From an uncultured Actinomycetota bacterium (GTDB taxonomy: Bacteria > Actinomycetota > Acidimicrobiia > Acidimicrobiales > RAAP-2), in the NCBI GenBank assembly GCA_963844575.1, contig CAWJOU010000005.1:767556-831555 (forward strand): a DNA stretch of 64,000 nt, given 5' to 3'. The notes under the pieces were generated by a model. The model was given only the letters and a program-made list of their open reading frames with translations. It was not told the origin of the DNA and made no database searches. The stretch's first letter is position 1. Every line of letters starts with the position of its first letter. Below, in pieces: positions 37,262-46,165 of this stretch. The position numbers and the translations under genes are program-made.

Positions 37262-40200
37262 TCAGTCGGACAGGCTGATCGGCTGGTCGTCCGGGTCGAG
37301 GGCACCCTCGATGCCGTCGACCCCCCCTTCGGGATCGGAAGGCGCCAGGTGCTGGCGCACCCGGTCGTCGATCTCGGCCATCAGCTGCGGGTTCTCCCGC
37401 AGGAACGCCTTGGCGTTCTCCCGGCCCTGGCCCAACTGCTCACCCTCGTAGGTGAACCAGGCGCCCGACTTCTTGATGAACCCGAGATCGACCGCCACGT
37501 CCAGCAGGGAGCCCTCCCGGCTGATCCCGGTCCCGTACATGATGTCGAACTCGGCTTGCTGGAACGGGCGGGCGCAATTCGAGACGACCACGTCATTGGC
37601 AACGAACGTGTGGTGCTCGGCCACCTCGATGTCGTAGATCGGTCGCCACTCGGCCGGGCTCACCGCCGTGATCCGGTCGTACCACAGGTCCTCCTCGAGA
37701 ACCTCCGCCAAGAACGAGCTCTCGAGTGCATCAGCCAGTGCCTGCACCCGGTCCCTGCGTAGGCGGCTCACCCCCAACACCTGGCGCATGCCGCCTTGCG
37801 GGTCACCTCCCAATGGCGCGATCAGTCGGGACGCCAGGGTGGCCGTCAGCCCTCGACGCTCCAGGTAGGCCAGGACCGGACCGGTCTGAGCGGCCGGGAG
37901 GTAACCCCTCTGGGAGCCCCGGTGACGAGCCAGCGCCGGATCGGCCAGGACCTCGGCCAGCTTCCTACCCCTCGGCCCCCATCCGGGGATCGACTTGGCG
38001 AACTGGGCCACGTTGTCGACGCCGGCGATCCGAACCTGGTAGCAGGGCAGTTTTCCCTGCACCCGCCGGCCTTTGATGATGCTAGGCCGTTGCTGCTTCG
38101 GTGTGTAGCGCCCGATGGAGCTTCCGATGCCGAAGCGCAGCAGCAGCCAGTGCAGCTGATGGGCGAGTTGCTCAGACGTGGTGACAAATCCGCAGCGGAC
38201 GCCGCCGGTCTGCTCCCGGCTTACCCAGCCGTCGGTTTCCCAAATCCCGAACAGGAGGTTGCTGATGACTTCGGCTGACACCTCCGGCTTGAAGAACGCC
38301 ACCGGGATGCGCTTTTCGGGAGCCGTGTGCCCCCAAATACCTGCCCACCGGGCCAGTTCGAGGAGCTCGTTCTTCTCGCCGGGTCGGTGTGAGTAGGAAA
38401 CTTCGATCCCCTTCACGTGGCTCTCGCAACCCAGCGTGGCCGCAATGGCGGCGGCGTCCTCGTGGAGGTCCGGCTGGACGTTGATGAACGAGATCGGCGT
38501 CTTCCCGGTCACGCCGCCGTCGCCGATCAGGTAGCCCAACATCCGGGCATGTGCCGGAGGGACCGGCTGCTCGTCGCCGAAACCCCCCGCCCGGCGCGGG
38601 CGGGCCAGGCGATCGCCGACGCCCAGCTCCCCCGCCTCCCGCCAGCCAGCGTCAGTGAGCACCCTGTGGTCCGCGGTGACCCACAGCTCCGTGCCGTCGC
38701 GCAGGTGCAGTCCGACGACCTCGTGCTCTCCTTGGTCCATCCGGGCCACGATCGGCCGGACATGCAGCTTGCCCGCCTTGTCGGCGGCCATCACGGCGAC
38801 CCCTTCGCCGCGTTCCACGACGTCCTCGATCCGGTGGGTGGTCCCAGTGACCGGGTCGAAGACCGTCGTCCCGGCCGCCACGCACTTGTTCTTGACCACC
38901 TTCACCCGGGTCCGATTGCCGATCATCTCGGCCCCGTCCTTGATGGTCTCGATCCGGCGGATGTCCAGCCGGACCGACGAGTAGAACTTCAGCGCCCGCC
39001 CGCCCGGGGTCGTCTCAGGAGAGTTGTGCACGACGACGCCGTCGACCAGGTAGTTGTGGCTGCCCTCCACCTCGATGTCGAACCGGTGGGAGTGCTTCGT
39101 CGACGGCTTCACGTGGACGTCGATGACCGGCAACGCCATCAGCTCGTAGCGCATCGGAGCGATGACCGGCTCTACGGCAAATCGGCCTCGGTAGGCCGGG
39201 AGGAGCTTGTAATCCATGCTCGGATGGACGAACGGCGCGATGAGCGCGTGCAACTTGGCCGTCTCGGCGTTGGTGAACGTCAGCACGGCCTTGCCGACCG
39301 CTCCGCTGGGAGCCAGCCTGCCGTGGATCCCCCACGTGTCGGCCAGGTAGGCCACCAGGCGGTCACGGGTGGCCGGCTCCATGGCTTCCACACAGATCTG
39401 TGCCCGTCCAGTCCCACCCTTGGTCCGCTTCTGCACTCCCTTGGAGCGGATGGTGAAGTTGGCGTCGTCCATGTACCAGAGGGCGATGGAGAGGGGGGTG
39501 AGGGCCTTCAGGTACTCATCGTCGAGCACCTTCTTGCCTTCGACGTAAACCGACCGTCGAAGCTCGGCCAACTCCGCTAGTGGCTGGAAGTCGTACTGGA
39601 CGACCCCGTCTTCCCGGACGTGACGGCTCGATTCGAGATTGCCGAAGAGCGAGGCCTTCCAGTCGGCATAAGCGACCTGCGCGGCGCCATGGCAGTAACG
39701 GAAGCGTGCACCGTGGCCACTCCGGGTGGGAGAGACCGCTCCGTCCCCCATCAGGGTGCCGTGGAGAGCCGCCCACTGGAATGCCGACAGATAGTGGGGG
39801 AGGGCCTGCATGACCCGGTCTCCGACTTTCAGGTCCCCCGCCTCCCGCCATCCGGCCGGGGTTCGGATCAGATGGTTGCTGGTGGCCGCGAACTGCGCCT
39901 TGCCGTTCCCCATGGGCTTCGCCACGGTGAATTGCAGGAACTCGTCCGTCCTGCCGTTGTCGAACCAGTTCACCACCCGCTTGGGAACGACCGCGCCGAC
40001 CGCCGGATCGTACGAGAGAACCTCGACCGGGAGCCGCTGGTTGACGATCTTCCCGATCTTCTCCGTCGACCCGTCGGCCAGCACCACTCGGGTGTTGTAG
40101 TGGAAGCAACCATAGAGAACTCCGATCTTCTCCCGGAGCTGGTTGATGAAGACGGCGATCGTGTCCGATTTGTTGAGCGTCCCGGTGAGCTTCCGTAGGG

Positions 40201-40717
40201 CCTGCGACATCAGCCGGGCCTGCAGCCCGACGTGGGTGTCACCCATCTCCCCGTCGATCTCCGCACGCGGCGTCAGCGCGGCCACCGAGTCGATGACGAT
40301 GATGTCCAGGGCGCCCGACCGGATCAGCATGTCCGCGATCTCCAGGGCCTGCTCCCCGGTGTCCGGTTGGGAGATCAGCAGGTCGTCCACGTTGACCCCG
40401 ATGGCCTTGGCGTACACCGGGTCCATGGCGTGCTCGGCATCGACGTACGCGCAGATGCCGCCGTTCCGCTGGGCTTCGGCGACGCAGTGCATGGCCAGCG
40501 TCGACTTCCCGGACGACTCCGGGCCGAAGATCTCGACGATCCGGCCCCGGGGGAGCCCACCGATGCCGAGGGCGAGATCCAGGGAGAGCGCTCCCGTGGG
40601 GATCGCCTCGATGCCCAGGTTGATGTTGTCGCCCATCCGCATGACCGAGCCCTTGCCGAACTGCTTCTCGATCTGCCCGAGGGCCACGTCCAGGGCCTTG
40701 TCTCGCTCCTCTGCCAT
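37262..40717 (-). CDS. recA: recombinase RecA precursor containing two inteins (exteins 203 + 46 + 104 = 353 aa)
   Basis: Exteins match RecA throughout ([23 protein letters not shown] / [21 protein letters not shown] / [15 protein letters not shown]). Two in-frame insertions show intein termini. SOS box upstream. Confidence 0.95.
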   Translation of the reverse strand: MAEERDKALDVALGQIEKQFGKGSVMRMGDNINLGIEAIPTGALSLDLALGIGGLPRGRIVEIFGPESSGKSTLAMHCVAEAQRNGGICAYVDAEHAMDPVYAKAIGVNVDDLLISQPDTGEQALEIADMLIRSGALDIIVIDSVAALTPRAEIDGEMGDTHVGLQARLMSQALRKLTGTLNKSDTIAVFINQLREKIGVLYGCFHYNTRVVLADGSTEKIGKIVNQRLPVEVLSYDPAVGAVVPKRVVNWFDNGRTDEFLQFTVAKPMGNGKAQFAATSNHLIRTPAGWREAGDLKVGDRVMQALPHYLSAFQWAALHGTLMGDGAVSPTRSGHGARFRYCHGAAQVAYADWKASLFGNLESSRHVREDGVVQYDFQPLAELAELRRSVYVEGKKVLDDEYLKALTPLSIALWYMDDANFTIRSKGVQKRTKGGTGRAQICVEAMEPATRDRLVAYLADTWGIHGRLAPSGAVGKAVLTFTNAETAKLHALIAPFVHPSMDYKLLPAYRGRFAVEPVIAPMRYELMALPVIDVHVKPSTKHSHRFDIEVEGSHNYLVDGVVVHNSPETTPGGRALKFYSSVRLDIRRIETIKDGAEMIGNRTRVKVVKNKCVAAGTTVFDPVTGTTHRIEDVVERGEGVAVMAADKAGKLHVRPIVARMDQGEHEVVGLHLRDGTELWVTADHRVLTDAGWREAGELGVGDRLARPRRAGGFGDEQPVPPAHARMLGYLIGDGGVTGKTPISFINVQPDLHEDAAAIAATLGCESHVKGIEVSYSHRPGEKNELLELARWAGIWGHTAPEKRIPVAFFKPEVSAEVISNLLFGIWETDGWVSREQTGGVRCGFVTTSEQLAHQLHWLLLRFGIGSSIGRYTPKQQRPSIIKGRRVQGKLPCYQVRIAGVDNVAQFAKSIPGWGPRGRKLAEVLADPALARHRGSQRGYLPAAQTGPVLAYLERRGLTATLASRLIAPLGGDPQGGMRQVLGVSRLRRDRVQALADALESSFLAEVLEEDLWYDRITAVSPAEWRPIYDIEVAEHHTFVANDVVVSNCARPFQQAEFDIMYGTGISREGSLLDVAVDLGFIKKSGAWFTYEGEQLGQGRENAKAFLRENPQLMAEIDDRVRQHLAPSDPEGGVDGIEGALDPDDQPISLSD
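37577..38884 (-). other. RecA intein 2 (436 aa, residues 612-1047), LAGLIDADG type, M. tuberculosis-type insertion site
   Basis: Starts [11 protein letters not shown], block B TADH, LAGLIDADG-like [11 protein letters not shown] and [11 protein letters not shown], ends DVVVSN with +1 Cys. Inserted between VKVVKNK and [10 protein letters not shown]. Confidence 0.9.
39023..40108 (-). other. RecA intein 1 (362 aa, residues 204-565), LAGLIDADG homing-endonuclease type, M. leprae-type insertion site
   Basis: Starts [13 protein letters not shown], block B TSNH, LAGLIDADG-like [11 protein letters not shown] and [10 protein letters not shown], ends GVVVHN with +1 Ser. Inserted between GVLYG and SPETTPGG. 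Confidence 0.9.
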
Positions 40718-40834
40718 CTGGTCACTCTCCTCGTACGTCGATCGACGTGGTCTGGTCTGTGTTGTTGGCGCCGACTCTACGGGTGGGCTGTGTCAACGGG
40801 CCCTGGAAGGTCAACGGGTTCTGAACTCTACCGG

Positions 40835-40848
40835 CGAACGCATGTTCG
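40835..40848 (-). promoter_or_regulatory. LexA (SOS / Cheo-type) box upstream of recA
   Basis: Perfect palindrome CGAAC-GCAT-GTTCG, matching the Gram-positive/actinobacterial GAAC-N4-GTTC consensus. About 120 nt upstream of the recA ATG and abutting the thpR stop. Confidence 0.75.
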
Positions 40849-41388
40849 TCAAGGGATCCTCGGTCCTTCTCGTAACCGAATGGTCGCGCCGGCCAGGGTC
40901 TCGTACCGCGCACCGTGCGGATCGAGCTGCGACGACACCAGGCAGACCTCGCGGACCGGCCAGCGGCCGTCGACCGGGATGCCGCAGAGCGAGCCGGGCA
41001 CCCGCCGTCCCCGCCGGGCCCGGGCCAGGGTGAGATGTCCTCGGAACGGCGGTTCGCCGCCCCGGACGTACTGACCGATCGGCCACGCCCGCACCACTCT
41101 CGCCACTTCGTCCAACCCGACGACCGGCACGCAGAGGATGCCCGGCCCCAGCGCCGTCGTCGCCGGCCCGACGACCGCTTCCGGGCGGGACGGGAGCTGT
41201 TCGACCGCGCCGGCGAGGGCCCCCGCCGCCATCTCCTGCCCGCCGTCGGGGACCTCCCCCAGGAAGGCGATGGTGACGTGCCACTGGTCGGGCGTCGTCC
41301 ATCGCAGACCCGGGACGGCCGGTCGGGCCAGCGCGCGGAGCCGGTCCCGTACCTCGGCCGGCGGCCAGATCGCCACGAACAACCGCAC
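40849..41388 (-). CDS. thpR: RNA 2',3'-cyclic phosphodiesterase (2H phosphoesterase, LigT/ThpR)
   Basis: Two H-x-T-x motifs (HVTIAF, HLTLAR); 179 aa. GTG start 41388 inside track ORF 40849..41760. Confidence 0.75.
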   Translation of the reverse strand: MRLFVAIWPPAEVRDRLRALARPAVPGLRWTTPDQWHVTIAFLGEVPDGGQEMAAGALAGAVEQLPSRPEAVVGPATTALGPGILCVPVVGLDEVARVVRAWPIGQYVRGGEPPFRGHLTLARARRGRRVPGSLCGIPVDGRWPVREVCLVSSQLDPHGARYETLAGATIRLREGPRIP

Positions 41389-41492
41389 GCGACCAGTCTC
41401 CTCGCGCTCGCGTGGTCGCGGCCGCGACCCTCGGTGGCGTCGTGCGATCACCGCCGCCGCCGGGCCGGCGCGGCGCTGGCTGGACGCCGTCG

Positions 41493-41627
41493 GCGATCCG
41501 GTAGCCTTTGTCGACGCCGGACGCCGGTCCGGTCGCCTTCCCGGGGCCACGCTCCGCTGGCGGCCAGGAGGGGGCACGGAGTCGCTGGAGAGGTGCGAGA
41601 GCGGCCGAATCGGACTCACTGCTAATG
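41493..41627 (+). repeat. 135-bp direct repeat, left copy: tRNA-Ser upstream region plus the tRNA 5' half (41587..41627), truncated in the anticodon stem
   Basis: Matches 43738..43872 with 1 substitution and 2 compensating 1-nt indels. Identity ends at ...CTGCTAATG. Confidence 0.85.
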
Positions 41628-41820
41628 GGCCTAGATGCAGCGCCGCCTCACGGAGACGAATTCGGCGCACTTCCTGGTAATCCGTACCGTGGCTGCGTTC
41701 ATCGACACTGCCGTCAAGCCCGAGGCCTGGTACCAGCACTATCCCAACCAGGGATGACACACCGACGAACGAACGTCGTCGTCCCTTTCAATGATGGTTG
41801 AACGGAGGAGCGGGCCGTTG

Positions 41821-42762
41821 ATGCGTGACTACGTCGATGTCGACGTCAGTACGTGGAGCCTGATGCGTGTCGAGCCGATGGGCAGCAAGCCAGACAAGCT
41901 GTGGCTCCGCGGCTCCGACAGCCACGACGACAAACCAGTCAGTTGGCTCTTCAAGCCGCGGGGGATGCAGCGAGAGAAGAACCGACAGTTCCCGAGAGGT
42001 GAGGACTGGGCCGAGAAGATCGTCGCAGAGGTAGCAGCCGCACTCGCGATCCCCGCGGCAGGTGTTCAACTGGCGCACCGGGGCGACCAATTCGGGATCA
42101 TCTCTCGGAACGTCACGGAAGGACGGGCCCTCGTCCTCGGGAACGAGATTCTTTCGGGCGCCGACCCCGACTACGACCCCGACCGGCAGCGTAACGTTCC
42201 CGGTTACACCGTCGAAGCCGTGGTTTCGGCGCTGGAGGGGCTCGGAGCGACGGCACCGATCTCCTCTCAGGGGATTGATGCCGCGTCCATCTTCGCCGGC
42301 TATCTCGTCCTCGACGCACTTGTGGCCAACATGGACCGGCACCACGAGAACTGGGGAGTCCTCGTCGACCAGCGGGGACTGGCGCCGCCCTTGCTTGCAC
42401 CCACGTTCGACCACGCATCATCCCTCGGATTCCAGCTCTCCGATGAGGAGCGGACTGAGCGCCTCGACACCGCGGATGGGAACCGAATGCTCGACCGATA
42501 CGCTGAGCGCGGGCGCAGTCGCCACTTTGCTGGCTCGCCGGGTCTCGTCAACTTGGCTCTGGACGCCCTCGACCGGTTCTGCACCGGAAGCTGCCGAGAC
42601 GGCTACCTGGGGCGGTTGGAGGCCCTCAATGACCAGACCTTGTCGTCCGTCGTGGACGCCGTCCCCGATGGCCGGATGTCACTACCTGCACGTAGGTTCT
42701 GCGCAAGACTGATGGGGATCAACCGAAGGAGGTTGCTCGATGGCGTCAAACGAAGTCGCTGA
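41821..42762 (+). CDS. HipA-like Ser/Thr kinase, short form (core kinase only; HipT-like)
   Basis: Catalytic-loop motif LVANMDRHHENWG, FDHASS (Mg-binding Asp region), and a Gly-rich loop MGSKPDK. GGAGGAG lies 10 nt upstream of ATG 41821 (track ORF starts at 41791). Confidence 0.7.
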   Translation: MRDYVDVDVSTWSLMRVEPMGSKPDKLWLRGSDSHDDKPVSWLFKPRGMQREKNRQFPRGEDWAEKIVAEVAAALAIPAAGVQLAHRGDQFGIISRNVTEGRALVLGNEILSGADPDYDPDRQRNVPGYTVEAVVSALEGLGATAPISSQGIDAASIFAGYLVLDALVANMDRHHENWGVLVDQRGLAPPLLAPTFDHASSLGFQLSDEERTERLDTADGNRMLDRYAERGRSRHFAGSPGLVNLALDALDRFCTGSCRDGYLGRLEALNDQTLSSVVDAVPDGRMSLPARRFCARLMGINRRRLLDGVKRSR

Positions 42763-43528
42763 TCGCCACGAGAGCACGTTCGCGGACCTCCCGGATGCCC
42801 GGCTCTACGTCGCGTGGCAGGACCCGGACTCCCGAGCGGTGGAGCCCGTCGGCCGGCTCGATCGCGTCCATGACGGCACGGCGGCCGGCTACGAGTTCCG
42901 GTACCTCCAGCGCGTGAAGGCACTGCCGGATTTCCAGCCCTTCGTCAGCTTCCCCGACCCTCATCGTGTCTACCGATCGTCGGCGTTGTTTCCGATTTTC
43001 GAGAACCGGCTCATGCCGCGATCGCGGGCCGACTACGAGCAGTTCACTCGATCCGTGGGGCTCGGACTGGACGCCGACCCCTTCGAGGTGTTGGCCAGGA
43101 CCGAGGGCCGTCGGGAGACTGACACGATCGAGATGTTCCCCGAACCGATCGTCGACGACGGATTGGTCCGGTGTCATCTCCTCGTCCACGGTATCCGGTA
43201 CATGGCGGGGGCCGATGACGCGATCGAGCAGCTCTCGCCCGGTCAACAGCTGATGGTCATGTCCGACTTGCAGAACCCGGTCGACTCGTGCGCAGTTCTG
43301 GTGCGGGACGACACCTTCCATCTGATCGGGTGGATCCCCCGCTACCTCACCGCGCTGGTGCGTGATCCTCTTGCCCAGCTTGGTCCCGGCGCCGTACAGG
43401 TCACCGTCGAGCACGTAGGTGAACGCAGCGGACCGGTCCACCTGCGACTCCTCTGTGCCCTACAAGCACAGTGGCCGCACGACGAGGAGCTCCCTTTCAG
43501 CGGTCCGGAGTTTGCACCGGTCGCATAG
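42740..43528 (+). CDS. HipS-like (HipA N-terminal subdomain) / HIRAN-like fusion protein, putative cognate antitoxin
   Basis: N-terminal part resembles the HipA N-subdomain (ALFPIFENRLMPRSRADYEQF...DPFEVLARTEGRRETDTIEMFPE). C-terminal part resembles HIRAN (VHGIRYMAG...PGQQLMVMSDLQNPVDSCAVLVRDD..LIGWIPRYL). AAGGAGG lies 7 nt upstream; the ORF overlaps the kinase gene by 23 nt. Confidence 0.55.
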   Translation: MASNEVADRHESTFADLPDARLYVAWQDPDSRAVEPVGRLDRVHDGTAAGYEFRYLQRVKALPDFQPFVSFPDPHRVYRSSALFPIFENRLMPRSRADYEQFTRSVGLGLDADPFEVLARTEGRRETDTIEMFPEPIVDDGLVRCHLLVHGIRYMAGADDAIEQLSPGQQLMVMSDLQNPVDSCAVLVRDDTFHLIGWIPRYLTALVRDPLAQLGPGAVQVTVEHVGERSGPVHLRLLCALQAQWPHDEELPFSGPEFAPVA

Positions 43529-43737
43529 TCGGCGCCCCGCCGTCGTTCACGCCGTCCAGTGGGGCACCGGGCGGTCGGGACGGCCCGCCGGCCGCTGTTG
43601 TCCGCCGAGGCAATTCTGTGCCCGGCCCCTTACTTCCGACCCTCTCCCATCGCCGGCCCTCACCGGCCCGCCGTCAAGGGCCGCCCGGGCGGCCGCGGCA
43701 CCGTCGGGCGGCTGTTCGATGCTGGTCGGCCCGCGCC

Positions 43738-43872
43738 GCGATCCGGTAGCCTTTGTCGACGCCGGACGCCGTCCGGTCGCCTTCCCGGGGCCCACGCTCC
43801 GCCGGCGGCCAGGAGGGGGCACGGAGTCGCTGGAGAGGTGCGAGAGCGGCCGAATCGGACTCACTGCTAATG
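43738..43872 (+). repeat. 135-bp direct repeat, right copy (upstream region plus 5' half of the intact tRNA-Ser)
   Basis: See 41493..41627; the two copies are offset by 2245 bp. Confidence 0.85.
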
Positions 43873-43920
43873 AGTTGACTGGGGGAACCCGGTCCGAGGG
43901 TTCAAATCCCTCCCTCTCCG
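43832..43920 (+). tRNA. tRNA-Ser (anticodon GCU), class II with long variable arm
   Basis: Acceptor GGAGAGG/CCTCTCC, anticodon stem ACTCA/TGAGT with loop CTGCTAA, long variable arm, T arm GAGGG-TTCAAAT-CCCTC. No encoded CCA. Confidence 0.9.
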
Positions 43921-44064
43921 CTGAACCGGTCAGTGTCGGACGGCGGCCGATGTCAGGTCCCGGCGGTCCCGGCGACCGGACATCGGGGTGGCGAAGGTCG
44001 AGCTGGCGCCAGGGCCGTCGCACGCGCGCCGGCTCGGTAACCGGCAAAAGGAGAGAATGTCGTC

Positions 44065-45552
44065 ATGGCCAACGGGCGCTACTGGTTGCAGACGCTCGGG
44101 TGCCCGAAGAACCAAGTCGACTCGGAAAAGCTGGCTGGGCTGCTGGCGGCGGACGGTTACCGCCCGGCGGACGAGCCGGGCGACGCGGATCTCGTCGTCG
44201 TCAACACGTGCGCGTTCGTCGAAGCCGCCCGCCAGGAGTCCGTCGACACGGTCCTGCTGCTCGACGAGCATCGGCGCGACGGATCTCGGCTGGTCGTCAC
44301 CGGGTGCATGGCCGAGCGGTACGGCGACGAGCTGGCCGCCGCGCTGCCGGAGGTCGATCTCGTCGCTGGCTTCGGCACGGCCCTCGTGCCGGGCGGCGTC
44401 GACGGCGGCGCGTCGGTCTCCCAGCCGGCACCGACCTCGGCACCGGCCTCGGCGCGCGTCCCCGTCAGCCTCGGCTCGGCTCGCCGACACCGGCCGGTCG
44501 GCGCACCGAGCTCGACGGCCACGTCCTTCGACCTGCTCGAGCTGCCCCGACCACCGGCCACCGCACCGTGGGCGTACGTCAAGGTCGCCGAGGGCTGCGA
44601 CCGTTCGTGCGGGTTCTGCGCGATCCCGTCGTTCCGGGGCAAGCAGCGGTCTCGCCGCCCGGCGGACGTTCTCGACGAGGTCCGGGCCCTTGCGGCCGGG
44701 GACGACGGGGCCAAAGAGATCGTCCTCGTCGCCCAGGACCTCGCCTCCTACGCCCGGGACCGCACCCACCGGGCGGGCGGGGAAGGCGGGACGGCCACGT
44801 CGGCCCGCGGCAGCCGCCGGCGAGGGGAGCCGACGCCGATTGTCGCCCTCACCCGGGCCGTCGCCGAGCTGGTGCCCCGGACGCGGCTGCTCTACCTCTA
44901 CCCGTCGAGCCTCACCGACGACCTCGTCGACGCCATCCTGGCGACCGGTGTGCCGTACTTCGACCTGTCGCTCCAGCACGTGTCGCGCCCGTTGCTGGCC
45001 CGGATGCGCCGGTGGGGCGACGGGGACCGGTTCCTCCGGCGCATCGCCCGGATACGGGAGGCCGAGCCGACGGCGACGTTCCGCTCGTCGTTCATCCTCG
45101 GCTACCCCGGCGAGACCGAGGAGGACCACGACGCGCTGCTCGCGTTCCTGCAGGACGCGACACTCGACTGGGCCGGGTTCTTCCTGTTCTCCGCCGAGGA
45201 CGGAACCCGGGCCGCCGACCTCCCGGACCAGGTCGCGCCGGCGCTGGCGCTCGAGCGCCTGCGGGAGTGCACGGAGCTGCAGGACGCGGTCACGGCCCGG
45301 CGACGGGACCTACTGATCGGGCAGACTCGCGCGGTGCTGGTCGACGCCGCGGGGATCGGACGGACGGTGCACGAGGCGCCGGAGATCGACGGCGTCGTCC
45401 GCGTGCCCGCGACACTGCCGGTCGGGTCCTTGGTGGACATGGTGGTGACGGCCTCTCTCGGCACCGATGTCGTCGCCGAGCCCGTGCGATCGGACGTCGT
45501 GCGATCGGACGCCGGTCGGATGGACGCCGGTCGGGCGGACGGGCCCGGATGA
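44065..45552 (+). CDS. rimO: ribosomal protein S12 methylthiotransferase (radical SAM MTTase)
   Basis: N-terminal LGCPKNQVDSE...NTCAF...TGC cluster, radical SAM CDRSCGFC motif, and a TRAM-like C-terminus. Confidence 0.85.
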   Translation: MANGRYWLQTLGCPKNQVDSEKLAGLLAADGYRPADEPGDADLVVVNTCAFVEAARQESVDTVLLLDEHRRDGSRLVVTGCMAERYGDELAAALPEVDLVAGFGTALVPGGVDGGASVSQPAPTSAPASARVPVSLGSARRHRPVGAPSSTATSFDLLELPRPPATAPWAYVKVAEGCDRSCGFCAIPSFRGKQRSRRPADVLDEVRALAAGDDGAKEIVLVAQDLASYARDRTHRAGGEGGTATSARGSRRRGEPTPIVALTRAVAELVPRTRLLYLYPSSLTDDLVDAILATGVPYFDLSLQHVSRPLLARMRRWGDGDRFLRRIARIREAEPTATFRSSFILGYPGETEEDHDALLAFLQDATLDWAGFFLFSAEDGTRAADLPDQVAPALALERLRECTELQDAVTARRRDLLIGQTRAVLVDAAGIGRTVHEAPEIDGVVRVPATLPVGSLVDMVVTASLGTDVVAEPVRSDVVRSDAGRMDAGRADGPG

Positions 45553-46124
45553 GCAGCGCGTCGGACCAGACGTTCGGGCCGTCGGCCCTGGCGACGCCGG
45601 CCAACGCGCTGACGATGGCTCGCCTGCTGGCGACGCCGGTCTTCGTCGGCCTGATCGTGACGCAGGGGGCGACGTGGTTGACGGCGGTGGTCGGTGTCGC
45701 GGTCGCCGGCAGCGACGGTATCGACGGGTGGCTCGCCCGCCGGCAGGGGACGACGCGGTCGGGGGCGTTCCTCGACCCGCTCGCCGACAAGGTGGTCGTG
45801 CTCGGCGCGCTCGGCGCGCTGGCGGTGCAGCACCACCTCCCGTGGGCGCCGGTCGGGTTGATCGCGCTGCGCGAGATCGGGCTCGTCGCCTACCGCTCGT
45901 GGGCTGGCCGCCGCGGCGTGTCGATCCCGGCCCGCATGTCGGCCAAGGTGAAGACGCTCGTCCAGGATCTCGCCATCGCCACCTGCCTGCTGCCGCCACT
46001 GGCCGGCGAGCACGGCCTGCAGATCGTGGCCATCTGGGTCGCCGCCGTCCTGACGGTGTTCACCGGCCTGCAATACCTGCTCGACGGGCGCTCGGCGCTA
46101 CAAGAGGCGGCATCGGGACGATGA
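45549..46124 (+). CDS. pgsA: CDP-diacylglycerol--glycerol-3-phosphate 3-phosphatidyltransferase
   Basis: CDP-alcohol phosphatidyltransferase motif DGxxAR...G...D...DK (DGWLARRQGTTRSGAFLDPLADKV). ATGA overlap with rimO. Only the last 192 codons of track ORF 43419..46124 are real. Confidence 0.85.
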   Translation: MSSASDQTFGPSALATPANALTMARLLATPVFVGLIVTQGATWLTAVVGVAVAGSDGIDGWLARRQGTTRSGAFLDPLADKVVVLGALGALAVQHHLPWAPVGLIALREIGLVAYRSWAGRRGVSIPARMSAKVKTLVQDLAIATCLLPPLAGEHGLQIVAIWVAAVLTVFTGLQYLLDGRSALQEAASGR

Positions 46125-46165
46125 GCCGATGAGGAGCGCAGGCCGATGAGGAACACCGCCGGGCG

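Noticed and set aside
41587-41627. Possible second tRNA-Ser gene.
   Set aside because: Only the first 41 nt are present. Identity to the intact tRNA stops in the anticodon stem, with no variable arm, T arm or 3' acceptor strand. I treated it as a duplicated fragment.
43419-45548. N-terminal ~710 codons of the 901-aa track ORF 43419..46124, and ORF 43988..45316.
   Set aside because: These are Arg-rich out-of-frame readings across the tRNA and rimO. Only the last 192 codons (pgsA) show a real family motif.
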